Shown: positions 45,663-55,743 of the stretch, in pieces | Position numbering within the stretch: position 1 is the first letter of the stretch | How the letters are laid out: the number at the start of each line of letters is the position of its first letter | Virus record (IMG/VR): IMGVR_UViG_3300021387_000661 | Location: 96,001 to 160,000 of that record | DNA length: 64,000 nt | Strand: one strand, 5' to 3' | Origin: a virus | Lineage: Duplodnaviria; Caudoviricetes | The notes under the pieces: model-generated | What the model saw: only the letters and a program-made list of their open reading frames with translations | Told to the model about the DNA's origin: nothing | Databases searched by the model: none | Position numbers and translations under genes: made by a program

Positions 45663-48600
45663 ATGTTAAAACCAAGAACATTTAAGGAGTTCTTAGCCAG
45701 ACTTAAAAATTTTTCTATTATTGAAGAGTCTTTTGCTGATAATGGTGAGTCCAAATTATATAATAAGATTCTTAATATCAGAAATACAAGATGTTTGGTT
45801 ATCAATGATGTGACTCTTGCACAAAAAATAGCTAAAAGAAATAAAGTCATTTGTATATATTTCAATAATGATATTCCAAAAGAACAATTGGAAGGAGATG
45901 CTATATGTGAGTATGTAAAACTTGATGTTGTTGATAGACATGCAAGTGACAATATGATTGAAGGCATCAAGTCTATTGTCTCAAAATACAACAACAAATC
46001 ATTTGATTATATCATTAGTGTGGGGTTGAAACCAGGAGAATCAGGTATGGATTATCTTGGTGTCTCATATTTTAACTATGAACTTTTGACAGCTGGTGCA
46101 TTTGAGGCAGGTATTACCAGTTTCATATCAATTGATGATATGGATGTATATGTGTCATTTGATAAAGAAGTTGAAAAGAATTATGGTCAGGGTGATGACA
46201 CAAAAAAAGGTTCTCATGTTCATATGATAGGTAAGATAGAGAATGGTATCTGGAATGGTCTTTATGGTTCAAGTTTTTCTATTTCTGAACATGAACTTGT
46301 TGAACCAAAAGAAAATTTAGATGATAGTGATAATAAACCAATTGGTGAAAATGGTGACATTATCTATGGTGAGACTGCTGATCCTGTGATTTATGCATTC
46401 GAAACAGATATTATGAATAGTATCTTACCAGATGATGAAACTGCTCTTAAAGTTGGTGATACCAATAGAGATATTGATGTTAGAATGAAAGAGTGGGGAA
46501 AACCTGGATATTACCCTGGTCTTGTACCAAAAGGACATTGGTCTGCTGTACTTGATGGGTTTGGTCCGGCTTTGGATGGTAAGATTTTCAGAGACAAATC
46601 TGTTCACAAGTTTCTGGTAAAGAAAGGGTTTGACAACATAAAGAAATTTGAGGTTGAAGGTAAGGTAGACATGCTTGGAAGACCTATTTATTATTCTAAT
46701 GAGTTTTTCAAGAATTGTACTGTTAAAGATGTTGAAGATGCTATAAATGAATTGAAACAGGCAATTTCTGATGGTAAAAATTCTATCATAAAGAAATTGA
46801 AAGATTTAAAGAAAAAAGAGAAAAATAATGTTATAATGCCTTCTCATCATAAACCTGATATGTTTACTCCAAGAGAACTTCAAAGTCAGGTTATTGATAA
46901 TTTTGAAAAAAGAATTCTTGAGACAAAACCAGGAGAACCAGTAGAGATGCTTATGTATGCAGTGATGAGGTTTGGTAAAACCTTTGTTGCTTGTGAGTGT
47001 GTGAGGTCATTATGTGGTAAAAGAAAGGGTGGAAAATTCATAATGGTTACATCTGCAAAAGTAGATGTCAAGAATGAATGGATGGAACAGGTCAATCCTT
47101 ATAAACTATATGAAAATATAGATATGTATGATGTAGAAGGATTGAAGAAAATGCTTGAAAATAAACAACCATTTGAAAGAAAAAATGGAAAAACATATAA
47201 AGATATTCAAGAATATTTCCAGGATTTCCCAGAAAAGAACATAATGTTGTTTGCATCTCTTCAGGATTTGAATGGTTCCTTGGATAAGAAGGGTATGAAA
47301 GAAAATCATAAGTATTTCTATGATACACCAATAGATATGCTTATCATTGATGAAGCACATTATGGTGCTCAATCACAAAAATATGGAAGACAGACTGGTC
47401 AGAGTTTAGAAGGCATGCTTACTCTTATGCCAAAGATGAAGTTTAAAAGTGATGCTGTAAAACTTCATCTTTCAGGTACTCCATATAAACTTATCAATGA
47501 TGGTATCTTCCAAAAAAAGGACATTATTGCCAGCTTCAGTTTTGCTGATTTAATGGATGCAAAGCAGAAGTGGATTGATGATAATATGGACAAAATTAAT
47601 GCTGGTGAGATGAAATATTCAGACAATCCATATTTTGGTATTCCAGAAATGCTTCAATATGGATACAATCTTGATTTATTCCAGTTGAAAAAATACAAGG
47701 AAGATGGATTGGATTATTCTCTTGATAGATTGTTCAGTGTTGTCAATGTTGAAGGTAAGAGAGTATTTCAATATGAAGATGATATTTATAACCTGTTTGC
47801 TGCAATAGATGGTAGTCAGAAAAATGAAAATGTCATTGAAATACTTGATCTACCAGAAGTAAAAGAAGGTAAATTATGTAGACATATTCTAGCTGCACTT
47901 CCTTCAAAGGATAGTTGTGATGTGATGGAAGAGTTTCTTACTAAATGTAAGAAGGAGACAAAAGACAAAGATGGTAATGTAAGACCTGCATTGAAAAATC
48001 TTGGTCTATATAAAGTTATCAATGTTGCCGGTAAAGAAGAGGGTGTTGAAGAGTGTGAAGAGGTTAAAAGAATGATTGCCAAGGAAGACAAGGCAAACAA
48101 CAAGACTATTACACTTACTGTTGATATGATGCTTACAGGTGTCAGTGTGCGAGAGTGGGATTGTATGTTCTATATGAAAGATGGTAAGTCTGCCCAGGCA
48201 TATGATCAGGCGAAATTTAGAATCCAGACACCATATAAGAAGAAAGCATTGGTATTTGATATTGGTGATGATTTGAAAAATGTTGATATTGCTATGGATG
48301 AAAAAGGTGATCCAGATTATGAAGTTATTGACAATAAGAGGCAGACTGTATTTGTTGATTTTTCTGCCAAGAGAATTTATGAACTTACCAGTGAAAGGTA
48401 TCATGCTCAATTAAGGGCAGATGCTGCTGCTGGTAAGAAAATATATGAACCTGTTCTTGATAAGGATGGTAATCCTGTTCTGGATGAAAATGGAGAACCT
48501 AAAAAGGTAGAAATCCCTGTTGATGAGGCAAATTCAAGTGCATATATCAAATATATGGCAAAGAGAGAAAAACCATATCTTCCTATTCTTGTTAATGAAA

Positions 48601-51050
48601 TTGGAAGTAAGAAATTGAAGAGGCAGGAGTCAAATAACATTATGGATGAATTTGCAAAATATTTTGCAAAGGACTTTGAAAATATGTCACCAGAAGAACT
48701 TCTATCCAAGCAGAAATGGTATATGCCAACAGAAGAGATGTTTGAAAAGATGGCAGGTATGCCTGATACATATGAAAGAAAAGGTGGGCACCCTTATATT
48801 AAGAAACAGGTATTTGGTGATGAGCAGAATCAAGATTCTGTTGATGGAACTACTCCATCAGAAGAAACTAATACTGATGATGGAAGTGGAAGTTCTTCTA
48901 AATCTAAACCAGCAACAAAACCATCTCTTACTATAGAAGAGAAAATTGCCAAACTCAAAAAGTATTACACTATCTGTGATACATTGATGAGAAATATCTA
49001 CATATATCTTGTTACCAGACTTGATAATGTTAAGATTCATGACTTCCATGATTTGTGCCATGACTCTATGCGTGCAGAGAATACTCAAAACTATGATATA
49101 ATTGTATCCATCTTCACAGATAAAAATCCATATGAAATGTCTTTTGACCAGAAGAAGAAGATTGTTGATGAGGTCAGAAATACTATTCAGGAATGGGTAG
49201 ATTTATATTTGAAGAAGGATCCGGAACATAAACTTCTTGAAACAATTCAGAACAAGATTGTTGCTATGTCATACAAATATGGTGAGGATAGAAAGGACTA
49301 TGACAAGATTAAGAGTGTCCTGAAAGACTTCACCAGAGGAAAAATTTCTGATACAGAAATCATTGGTGATGATGATACTCTGGCAGAGAAACTTTTTGAG
49401 AATGTTGTTATATTTAATAAGAAGGATAAGATACTTGACTGCTATGGTAGTAAGGTTGGTGAATATGCTTGGTATCTGGCAAACAAGTGGGAACACAAGG
49501 ATAAGTTCAGTATTGATAACTATTACATTATTTGTAGAAAAGGTATGATTGCTGAACTGTGTAAAGTACCTCTGTTGATTCTTGCCAGAAAGGAGGGTAT
49601 CCTTGGTTATAAGAATCAAAAGGGTATAAATGATTGGTTAAATGCTCATATTCTTGTGTTTGATCCTATGAATGAAGAAAATGTAGTTGCTGTTCCATCT
49701 AAGACTGAAAATCAGGAAGAGAATACTGTAACTACATCTTCTGAAAATTCAAAGGTTGAAATGGATTATAATAAGTTTGAGACCTTCTCTGAATTTATGA
49801 AACTCATAAATGAGGGTGTGGATCCTGATGCTGAAAGAAAGGAGAAAAGAGAAGCAAGTAAATATGAAAAAGCAGGAGGACTCTATAAACTCAAACAAGC
49901 AATACAAAAAAAATGGCCAGAAATGAAATGGAGTTTAGTTGTTGGGAATCCACCATATGGTGATAGGGAGCATGGTGGTGGAATGAATTTACATTTACAA
50001 ATAATGAAAACTGTACTTGATTTATGTACAGATAAATTGACATTTATTATGCCAAGTAAACCAATAATTAAACAATTGGAAGACCCTTGGTATTCAATAC
50101 TTGTAAATGCAGTTTGTACCAATATTACTGTTGTAAGTAAAAATATGTTCCCAAATACAACTATGGAAAATACTGCAATTTATTATTGTGATAGAACAAT
50201 TCCAGAAGATCAAATAGAAGATTCATATGATAAAAAATTAGATGTTGATGATAGAATATATGATATTTTACCTGATGTTGGAAAACTTTTTGTAGATAAA
50301 ATGGGTAAAATGTCTTCACTAAATATATTTTCAACATATAAATTGAGTAAAAAGAATGAAGAAAGTATCTTGAATGGAATAAAGAAAAAAATAGATAATA
50401 ATAATACTAAATATTATCTTAATGTTAGTCGTTCAGGTGTAAAACCTGGTGATGGTGCTCAAATATGGTTTTCAGGTACACTTGAAAAAGAAAATGTTAA
50501 AACAGCAGATGAAGAAAAAAAGTTTATTTTAACACATAGAAAAACCAAAAACATTATCATTTGCCCAACAAAAGAATATGGCGAGAACTTAAAGAATTTG
50601 ATGATAATTGGTAAAGTTTTAAGATATTCATTGTGGCTTACACAGGTTAAACAGGATATTTTGCAAGCACAATTTAAGTATGTACCAGATATAGATTATA
50701 CAATCATAGATACTGATGAAAAACTTCTTTCAGAATGTGGATTCACATTGGATGAGATAGAAAAAGTGATGAACTATCTCAAAGACTTTGACTTCACACA
50801 AAACAGGAATGATATGGTAAGAAATGCAGGTGTGAAAAGTAAACCAGACACCTCTCCATCCAGTTCAGAAGAATCTCCAAAATCTTACCTTGAACGGTTG
50901 AAGGAAACATATTCTAATCCAAGTAAGAAGATTCAAAAAAGAAGAGAAGAATTGGAATCAGAGTTTGCACATGCCAAGGAATATGGTAAAACTGAATATG
51001 ATGACTTCTGGGAATGGTTGGCATATGAGAAAATTCCTGAAGAAGACTAA
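45663..51050 (+). CDS. Fused GIY-YIG/T5orf172-like nuclease, SF2 helicase and N6-adenine methyltransferase (restriction-modification-like)
   Basis: IYAF..LKVGDT.R.I..R..EW, MRFGKT, IIDEAH, LSGTP, MLTGVS and YDQA.FR, then ILDCYGSKVGEY and GNPPY. Late motif at 45623-45630. Confidence 0.8.
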   Translation: MLKPRTFKEFLARLKNFSIIEESFADNGESKLYNKILNIRNTRCLVINDVTLAQKIAKRNKVICIYFNNDIPKEQLEGDAICEYVKLDVVDRHASDNMIEGIKSIVSKYNNKSFDYIISVGLKPGESGMDYLGVSYFNYELLTAGAFEAGITSFISIDDMDVYVSFDKEVEKNYGQGDDTKKGSHVHMIGKIENGIWNGLYGSSFSISEHELVEPKENLDDSDNKPIGENGDIIYGETADPVIYAFETDIMNSILPDDETALKVGDTNRDIDVRMKEWGKPGYYPGLVPKGHWSAVLDGFGPALDGKIFRDKSVHKFLVKKGFDNIKKFEVEGKVDMLGRPIYYSNEFFKNCTVKDVEDAINELKQAISDGKNSIIKKLKDLKKKEKNNVIMPSHHKPDMFTPRELQSQVIDNFEKRILETKPGEPVEMLMYAVMRFGKTFVACECVRSLCGKRKGGKFIMVTSAKVDVKNEWMEQVNPYKLYENIDMYDVEGLKKMLENKQPFERKNGKTYKDIQEYFQDFPEKNIMLFASLQDLNGSLDKKGMKENHKYFYDTPIDMLIIDEAHYGAQSQKYGRQTGQSLEGMLTLMPKMKFKSDAVKLHLSGTPYKLINDGIFQKKDIIASFSFADLMDAKQKWIDDNMDKINAGEMKYSDNPYFGIPEMLQYGYNLDLFQLKKYKEDGLDYSLDRLFSVVNVEGKRVFQYEDDIYNLFAAIDGSQKNENVIEILDLPEVKEGKLCRHILAALPSKDSCDVMEEFLTKCKKETKDKDGNVRPALKNLGLYKVINVAGKEEGVEECEEVKRMIAKEDKANNKTITLTVDMMLTGVSVREWDCMFYMKDGKSAQAYDQAKFRIQTPYKKKALVFDIGDDLKNVDIAMDEKGDPDYEVIDNKRQTVFVDFSAKRIYELTSERYHAQLRADAAAGKKIYEPVLDKDGNPVLDENGEPKKVEIPVDEANSSAYIKYMAKREKPYLPILVNEIGSKKLKRQESNNIMDEFAKYFAKDFENMSPEELLSKQKWYMPTEEMFEKMAGMPDTYERKGGHPYIKKQVFGDEQNQDSVDGTTPSEETNTDDGSGSSSKSKPATKPSLTIEEKIAKLKKYYTICDTLMRNIYIYLVTRLDNVKIHDFHDLCHDSMRAENTQNYDIIVSIFTDKNPYEMSFDQKKKIVDEVRNTIQEWVDLYLKKDPEHKLLETIQNKIVAMSYKYGEDRKDYDKIKSVLKDFTRGKISDTEIIGDDDTLAEKLFENVVIFNKKDKILDCYGSKVGEYAWYLANKWEHKDKFSIDNYYIICRKGMIAELCKVPLLILARKEGILGYKNQKGINDWLNAHILVFDPMNEENVVAVPSKTENQEENTVTTSSENSKVEMDYNKFETFSEFMKLINEGVDPDAERKEKREASKYEKAGGLYKLKQAIQKKWPEMKWSLVVGNPPYGDREHGGGMNLHLQIMKTVLDLCTDKLTFIMPSKPIIKQLEDPWYSILVNAVCTNITVVSKNMFPNTTMENTAIYYCDRTIPEDQIEDSYDKKLDVDDRIYDILPDVGKLFVDKMGKMSSLNIFSTYKLSKKNEESILNGIKKKIDNNNTKYYLNVSRSGVKPGDGAQIWFSGTLEKENVKTADEEKKFILTHRKTKNIIICPTKEYGENLKNLMIIGKVLRYSLWLTQVKQDILQAQFKYVPDIDYTIIDTDEKLLSECGFTLDEIEKVMNYLKDFDFTQNRNDMVRNAGVKSKPDTSPSSSEESPKSYLERLKETYSNPSKKIQKRREELESEFAHAKEYGKTEYDDFWEWLAYEKIPEED

Positions 51051-51072
51051 AGTTTCTTAAGTGATGATGAAG

Positions 51073-51101
51073 AAGATGAGGCATAGTTCCTCATCTTTTT
51101 T
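51073..51101 (+). terminator. Repeated terminator family, copy 3
   Basis: AAGATGAGG-CATAGTT-CCTCATCTT plus T-run. Confidence 0.8.
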
Positions 51102-51136
51102 GTTATATTTAGGTTAAACTTAAAATTTGTATAATT

Positions 51137-51511
51137 ATGGTAAACAAACTTGAAAAGAAGTACTCAAAAGAATTACAGGAAATGACAGATGAAGAGAAAA
51201 TCTATAATGACTGGGATAAAGAATATGAAGACAGATATATAAAACTTTATAATGCCCTTGAAAAGTTTGTTAAAACAACAACAGTTAATAAAAAAGGAAA
51301 AAGAATACCTCTTATTGACAGTGTTGATGGAAAAAAGGTTAAAATTAAAGGATTAGATGGATATCTTGTTCCTTTATCAAAAGAGGAAAAGTTAATATGG
51401 AAAAAATATGAAAAATTGGAAAAATTGATGGATTTATTACTTCAATATGATGCTGAATTTGATTATAAGTATTTTGGTACAAAAAACAAACTTTTATATC
51501 ATATAAAGTAA
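51137..51511 (+). CDS. Hypothetical protein flanked by identical terminators
   Basis: 124-aa AT-rich ORF. Confidence 0.6.
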   Translation: MVNKLEKKYSKELQEMTDEEKIYNDWDKEYEDRYIKLYNALEKFVKTTTVNKKGKRIPLIDSVDGKKVKIKGLDGYLVPLSKEEKLIWKKYEKLEKLMDLLLQYDAEFDYKYFGTKNKLLYHIK

Positions 51512-51541
51512 AAGATGAGGCATAGTTCCTCATCTTTTTTT
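51511..51541 (+). terminator. Repeated terminator family, copy 4 (identical to copy 3)
   Basis: AAGATGAGGCATAGTTCCTCATCTTTTTT. Confidence 0.8.
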
Positions 51542-51573
51542 ATTTATTTCCCAGGTTTTGTTATATTTACATT

Positions 51574-51954
51574 ATGAAAGATCTTGAGATATATACCCTT
51601 GCAGAATGGGACACTTTCTGGGGAGTCATCCATAACTTCCTGGGATGGGCACATATGTGTACCTATGGTCTCATATTGGAACCCAGGAGAACTAATCCGG
51701 ATGAGATGAGGAAAGAACTCCTTCAAAAGGTAGTTGAGAAAGGAGGCAGACTTCATATCTATCACATTTTTGAACCATTTGTCAATTCTGAATATCCCCA
51801 GTATCAAAGGAAGTTCTATGACAATGGTATTAGACTCATCAGGGATATTCTTAAAATAGATGGTTTGGAGGTAGAATGGGATATACCTGATGGAGAGAAA
51901 GAAACACTTCTCAATTATTCACCACCTTTGTATAATAAGATGTTTAAACAATAA
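51574..51954 (+). CDS. Hypothetical protein
   Basis: Promoter motif ends 4 nt upstream. Confidence 0.65.
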   Translation: MKDLEIYTLAEWDTFWGVIHNFLGWAHMCTYGLILEPRRTNPDEMRKELLQKVVEKGGRLHIYHIFEPFVNSEYPQYQRKFYDNGIRLIRDILKIDGLEVEWDIPDGEKETLLNYSPPLYNKMFKQ

Positions 51955-51959
51955 AGAAT

Positions 51960-52199
51960 ATGGGTAAAAGAAGAACAGTATTTGAATGTGATTCCTGTCA
52001 TAAGGAATATAGTGAAGCAGACTACAATGACAGTGGAAGTAGAGCTGAAATCCACTTTGAAGGACAGTACTATGATGAGAGTATTGGACAGAAAACCTGG
52101 AAGGATGACATACAACTCTGTCCTGAATGCTGGGAGAAGTTGAATAAATTCCTCAAGGAAGGTATGAAAATCAACTTATATACTTGGTCAAGATTTTAG
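51960..52199 (+). CDS. Zinc-finger-like hypothetical protein
   Basis: CDSC...LCPEC. Confidence 0.6.
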   Translation: MGKRRTVFECDSCHKEYSEADYNDSGSRAEIHFEGQYYDESIGQKTWKDDIQLCPECWEKLNKFLKEGMKINLYTWSRF

Positions 52200-52204
52200 A
52201 ATAT

Positions 52205-52606
52205 ATGGAAATTAATGAAGTAAATAAGAAGCTCTATGAGAGTGCTTTTGTCTCTGATGGTACATTTGGAGACCTTGATAATTGGAAACCAGATATTGAT
52301 GAGAGGATGATAGAAGAATCCTGTGAAGATGAGAATGGTAATTGGGTACCTGCAACCCCACTTGGTTACAGGGATTACAAACTCTCCAGGGAAGAAGGAT
52401 TGAACACAGTCTTTTATGAATCTGTTCCATCCAGGACATTCACATATGAAGATGCACACAATATCAAGAGGGAAGACAACATCATCAAGAAATATGATTT
52501 AATCACCATTGATAAAAATAATTATATTGTAGTTGGTGATGATGAAACCAAGTTCTATGTTGTGGATAAGGATGACCACAAGTATTATATTGAATATCAG
52601 TTATGA
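52205..52606 (+). CDS. Hypothetical protein
   Basis: ORF in operon. Confidence 0.6.
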   Translation: MEINEVNKKLYESAFVSDGTFGDLDNWKPDIDERMIEESCEDENGNWVPATPLGYRDYKLSREEGLNTVFYESVPSRTFTYEDAHNIKREDNIIKKYDLITIDKNNYIVVGDDETKFYVVDKDDHKYYIEYQL

Positions 52607-52802
52607 GAGACTTATTAATATATGACAAAGGTAGTTTTAAACATTGTGAAGTGTCCTTGCTGTTCAGCATATGTTGAATATGATGAATCAGACATCAAGA
52701 CAGAAGAAAGGTTTTATGATGTGATGACCTATGCAGATGAGACTTATATGGCAAAAATTATCACCTGTCCTAGATGTGGCAGGAAAATAGAGATTTATTA
52801 AT

Positions 52803-53219
52803 ATGATAGACAGTACTTATGACAAATATGTAACCATTGCCTATAATTGGGTTACAAGAAAGAAGACATTTACCACTGTACGCATATATAATCCAAGGCA
52901 TGAGATTTATGGTGAGCGGGAATTTTATGTATTTGGTATTGGTGTTTCAACATTTCTGGAAGCAAATGGATATGACTCCAAAAAGGACTGGGTGAATGAT
53001 CCCCAACTGAATCCAGATGCTGATTATAATCCAAAGAAACTCATCAAGTATATGACTGGGGATACCTGGATATCCATTGATGACCTGAAAGAGTTGTCAG
53101 ATGAGTTGAAAGCAGCAGGTGCCAGTGAAGTCTATCTTCATCCTTCTTATTGGACTGACAATAAGGCACTGTTGGACCGCTATACCCCTAATGAATGGTT
53201 GATTGTAATACCCAAATAA
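52803..53219 (+). CDS. Hypothetical protein
   Basis: ORF in operon. Confidence 0.6.
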   Translation: MIDSTYDKYVTIAYNWVTRKKTFTTVRIYNPRHEIYGEREFYVFGIGVSTFLEANGYDSKKDWVNDPQLNPDADYNPKKLIKYMTGDTWISIDDLKELSDELKAAGASEVYLHPSYWTDNKALLDRYTPNEWLIVIPK

Positions 53220-53221
53220 TT

Positions 53222-53779
53222 ATGAATGATATACATTACAAAAAGGAAGAACTTCAAAAGAAGTTAAAGATAGTTGAAGAATCAGAGAAAATAGACAAAG
53301 AAATCCAGTCCAGCAGATGTCCAGTCTGCGGTGGCGAACTACAATATGTCTTCCACCGGGGTGGTGGTGACTCCATAGTGACACCTTATTCCGCTGAAAT
53401 AAAATGTAAGAAGTGTGATATGTTCTCAAAAGTCATTAAAAGGAACTCACAACAGTCTTATCATTGGATTTCTGATGGAACAGATGAGATTTCTTTGAAA
53501 AGGGATGTGTGGAATTCTGTGAAGGGGTATGTCAAACCGGCAGATGGAAGAAAGGAGATATATGACCTTCTCATCAAGTTAAGAGACCTGTCAGAAGCAT
53601 TCAACAATATGACAGGATATCTTTATTCCGGTATATGTGCTGATGAGATAAATGAAATCATTGAGACACTTAAGAACAAATATGATGTCAATGTGAATTA
53701 TTGGCAGCCATATGATGGTAGGGTGAATTTCACAAATCTACAAAGTTTGATAGAAAAATATGAAGAGAGTGGTAAATAA
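53222..53779 (+). CDS. Zinc-ribbon hypothetical protein
   Basis: CPVCGG...CKKC. Confidence 0.6.
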   Translation: MNDIHYKKEELQKKLKIVEESEKIDKEIQSSRCPVCGGELQYVFHRGGGDSIVTPYSAEIKCKKCDMFSKVIKRNSQQSYHWISDGTDEISLKRDVWNSVKGYVKPADGRKEIYDLLIKLRDLSEAFNNMTGYLYSGICADEINEIIETLKNKYDVNVNYWQPYDGRVNFTNLQSLIEKYEESGK

Positions 53780-53807
53780 CCATTCTCTTTTTTGTTATAT
53801 TTACAAT

Positions 53808-54233
53808 ATGAAAGATACAGATGATGTTATTGAAGTAGTATATGTCAGGTTTGATAAAAACCTGGACTACAAGGAGGTAGTAAATTCATATCCCATTAAG
53901 AAGTTCCTGGAAAGTGCATTTGGGGACTTCCCTAATATGATTTCACCTACCAAGTTTGAGTTTGATAGGGATAAACTGGGTGAGTTTATCCAGGACCAGT
54001 ATGATAAATCACATTCTTATGTTATTGATTGGATGAATTTACCTCCTCATATTTTGGAAGCATATTGTAAAGCAATTGGTGTTGAAAGAAAGAGATGGGA
54101 TGAGGTTGAGCTTGCAGAACTTGAACCTGAAATTCTTTTGGATGACCATATTGTTGTTATTGTGAAGAAAAATAAAGTCTTGGGTGTATTTGCAACAGAG
54201 ATGGACTTTGAACATATAATTGATGAGTTATGA
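53808..54233 (+). CDS. Hypothetical protein
   Basis: Promoter motif ends 4 nt upstream. Confidence 0.6.
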   Translation: MKDTDDVIEVVYVRFDKNLDYKEVVNSYPIKKFLESAFGDFPNMISPTKFEFDRDKLGEFIQDQYDKSHSYVIDWMNLPPHILEAYCKAIGVERKRWDEVELAELEPEILLDDHIVVIVKKNKVLGVFATEMDFEHIIDEL

Positions 54234-54402
54234 ATTGGACAAGGGAAGATGTAATTAATAAATATAGACTTACATTAAAAGAGATTTCTGATATTGAATT
54301 CACATCTGATAAAACCAAGAGATTGAGATGGAGAGAACTCCAGAAAATCAGAAAATGGTTGGAATCAGAGATTTGTAAGTTTAAAATAGAAAAGGAAGAA
54401 TT

Positions 54403-54645
54403 ATGATAGATTTTATTAAGCTTATTTTTATGATACCTTATTTGATGATTAAGGACATAATAACCAGTATATGTAATAAGATATATGACAGAAGAATCTG
54501 GAAGGGTACCAAATATCAGGGTATGAAATTTACTTTGGAATCCACTTGGGATAATTATGATAAAACTTATGCATCCCCTGTATTTGTCTTTGAGAATGGA
54601 AATAAAGTAGTGATTGACAAACAAGGTAATATTATAAATATATAA
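54403..54645 (+). CDS. Hypothetical protein
   Basis: ORF in operon. Confidence 0.5.
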   Translation: MIDFIKLIFMIPYLMIKDIITSICNKIYDRRIWKGTKYQGMKFTLESTWDNYDKTYASPVFVFENGNKVVIDKQGNIINI

Positions 54646-54648
54646 ATT

Positions 54649-54897
54649 ATGATTGGATTAATTGCTAATATTGTTGGTTGGGTTGCAACCTTTTTCCGGG
54701 CTGCCGGAATGTTGATGAAAAGAGCAATGCTCGTAAAAGTGCTCGTAAGTGTGGGAAATGCTTTGTGGTTAGCCAATGGCCTACTCACCCACAATGTCCC
54801 TCTTGTGGCATCTAATGGTATCTGTCTTGCCATTATGCTCTATGAAATTATTATAACTAACATAAGGAAAAAGAAAGATGGAGGACAGGATAATTAA
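54649..54897 (+). CDS. Small 3-TM membrane protein (YgjV/PQ-loop-like)
   Basis: Three hydrophobic helices with GNALW..NG.L...P...N pattern. Confidence 0.55.
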   Translation: MIGLIANIVGWVATFFRAAGMLMKRAMLVKVLVSVGNALWLANGLLTHNVPLVASNGICLAIMLYEIIITNIRKKKDGGQDN

Positions 54898-55033
54898 GAT
54901 TGTAGTACCCACACGGGAAGAGATAGACAAACTTGCTGAATTGGGTATTGATGTTGAGTCTCATCTGGTAAAGGTATTTAGGGATGAATTACACAGAATA
55001 CTTCATCCGGAAGATAAAAGAGTGTTGAATTAA
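54878..55033 (+). CDS. Small hypothetical protein (paralog of 39075-39230)
   Basis: Manual translation MEDRIIKIVVPTREEIDKLAELGIDVESHLVKVFRDELHRILHPEDKRVLN. Confidence 0.6.
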   Translation: MEDRIIKIVVPTREEIDKLAELGIDVESHLVKVFRDELHRILHPEDKRVLN

Positions 55034-55079
55034 TCATACTCTATGAAGGTATAGATTATAAGCTTAATCTGATATAGAT

Positions 55080-55349
55080 ATGGCAAAAGATTGTATAATA
55101 TGTCCTTATGCTGATATTGCTCTGGGTAGTGAGAGGATAATATGTCATCATCCTATGTTTCCACAAGCCAGAGTTATCTTCCCTGGGGATATTTGTCCCG
55201 ATGAAAAGATTAAAATAGATGATATCATTGAAAAGGCATTTCTTGAAAATTCTTGTGGTGTTGCAGAATGTACGGGGTTGTCTTTTGATACATTTAAGAG
55301 GATAGCATTGTACTTTTACAATATTGGTAAAACTGATAATTATGAGTGA
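55080..55349 (+). CDS. Hypothetical Cys-containing protein
   Basis: ORF in operon. Confidence 0.55.
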   Translation: MAKDCIICPYADIALGSERIICHHPMFPQARVIFPGDICPDEKIKIDDIIEKAFLENSCGVAECTGLSFDTFKRIALYFYNIGKTDNYE

Positions 55350-55605
55350 TTATAAAGAAGTGAGTCCTCAATGGATAGATGTTATTAAAAGAATTCTTAT
55401 TAAGCTTGTTGGTTCTACATCCTGGGGACTTCATCCTGAAAATGGTTGGTCAAGACCTATGGTTATAGACTATAAGGGAGAATGGTATATGCTTGTCAAC
55501 CCCAATGAGAATAGATATTTTGAAGAGATGTATTTTGATTATTCTGATGATGTGAAGCGTGGAGATTATGTACCTATGGGTATAAAAGTTGGAGAAGAGA
55601 TATGA
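55342..55605 (+). CDS. Hypothetical protein
   Basis: ORF in operon. Confidence 0.55.
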   Translation: MSDYKEVSPQWIDVIKRILIKLVGSTSWGLHPENGWSRPMVIDYKGEWYMLVNPNENRYFEEMYFDYSDDVKRGDYVPMGIKVGEEI

Positions 55606-55743
55606 TAACAAATGAAAAACCAATGAAAGAAAAGTGTTGTAAAGATTGCTGGCATAATTATCATTGTCCTATGCCACAGGAAGGATATGATTATAATCCT
55701 GATACTTGTCCATATAATCAGGATAATAAAAGGAGTGTAATTG

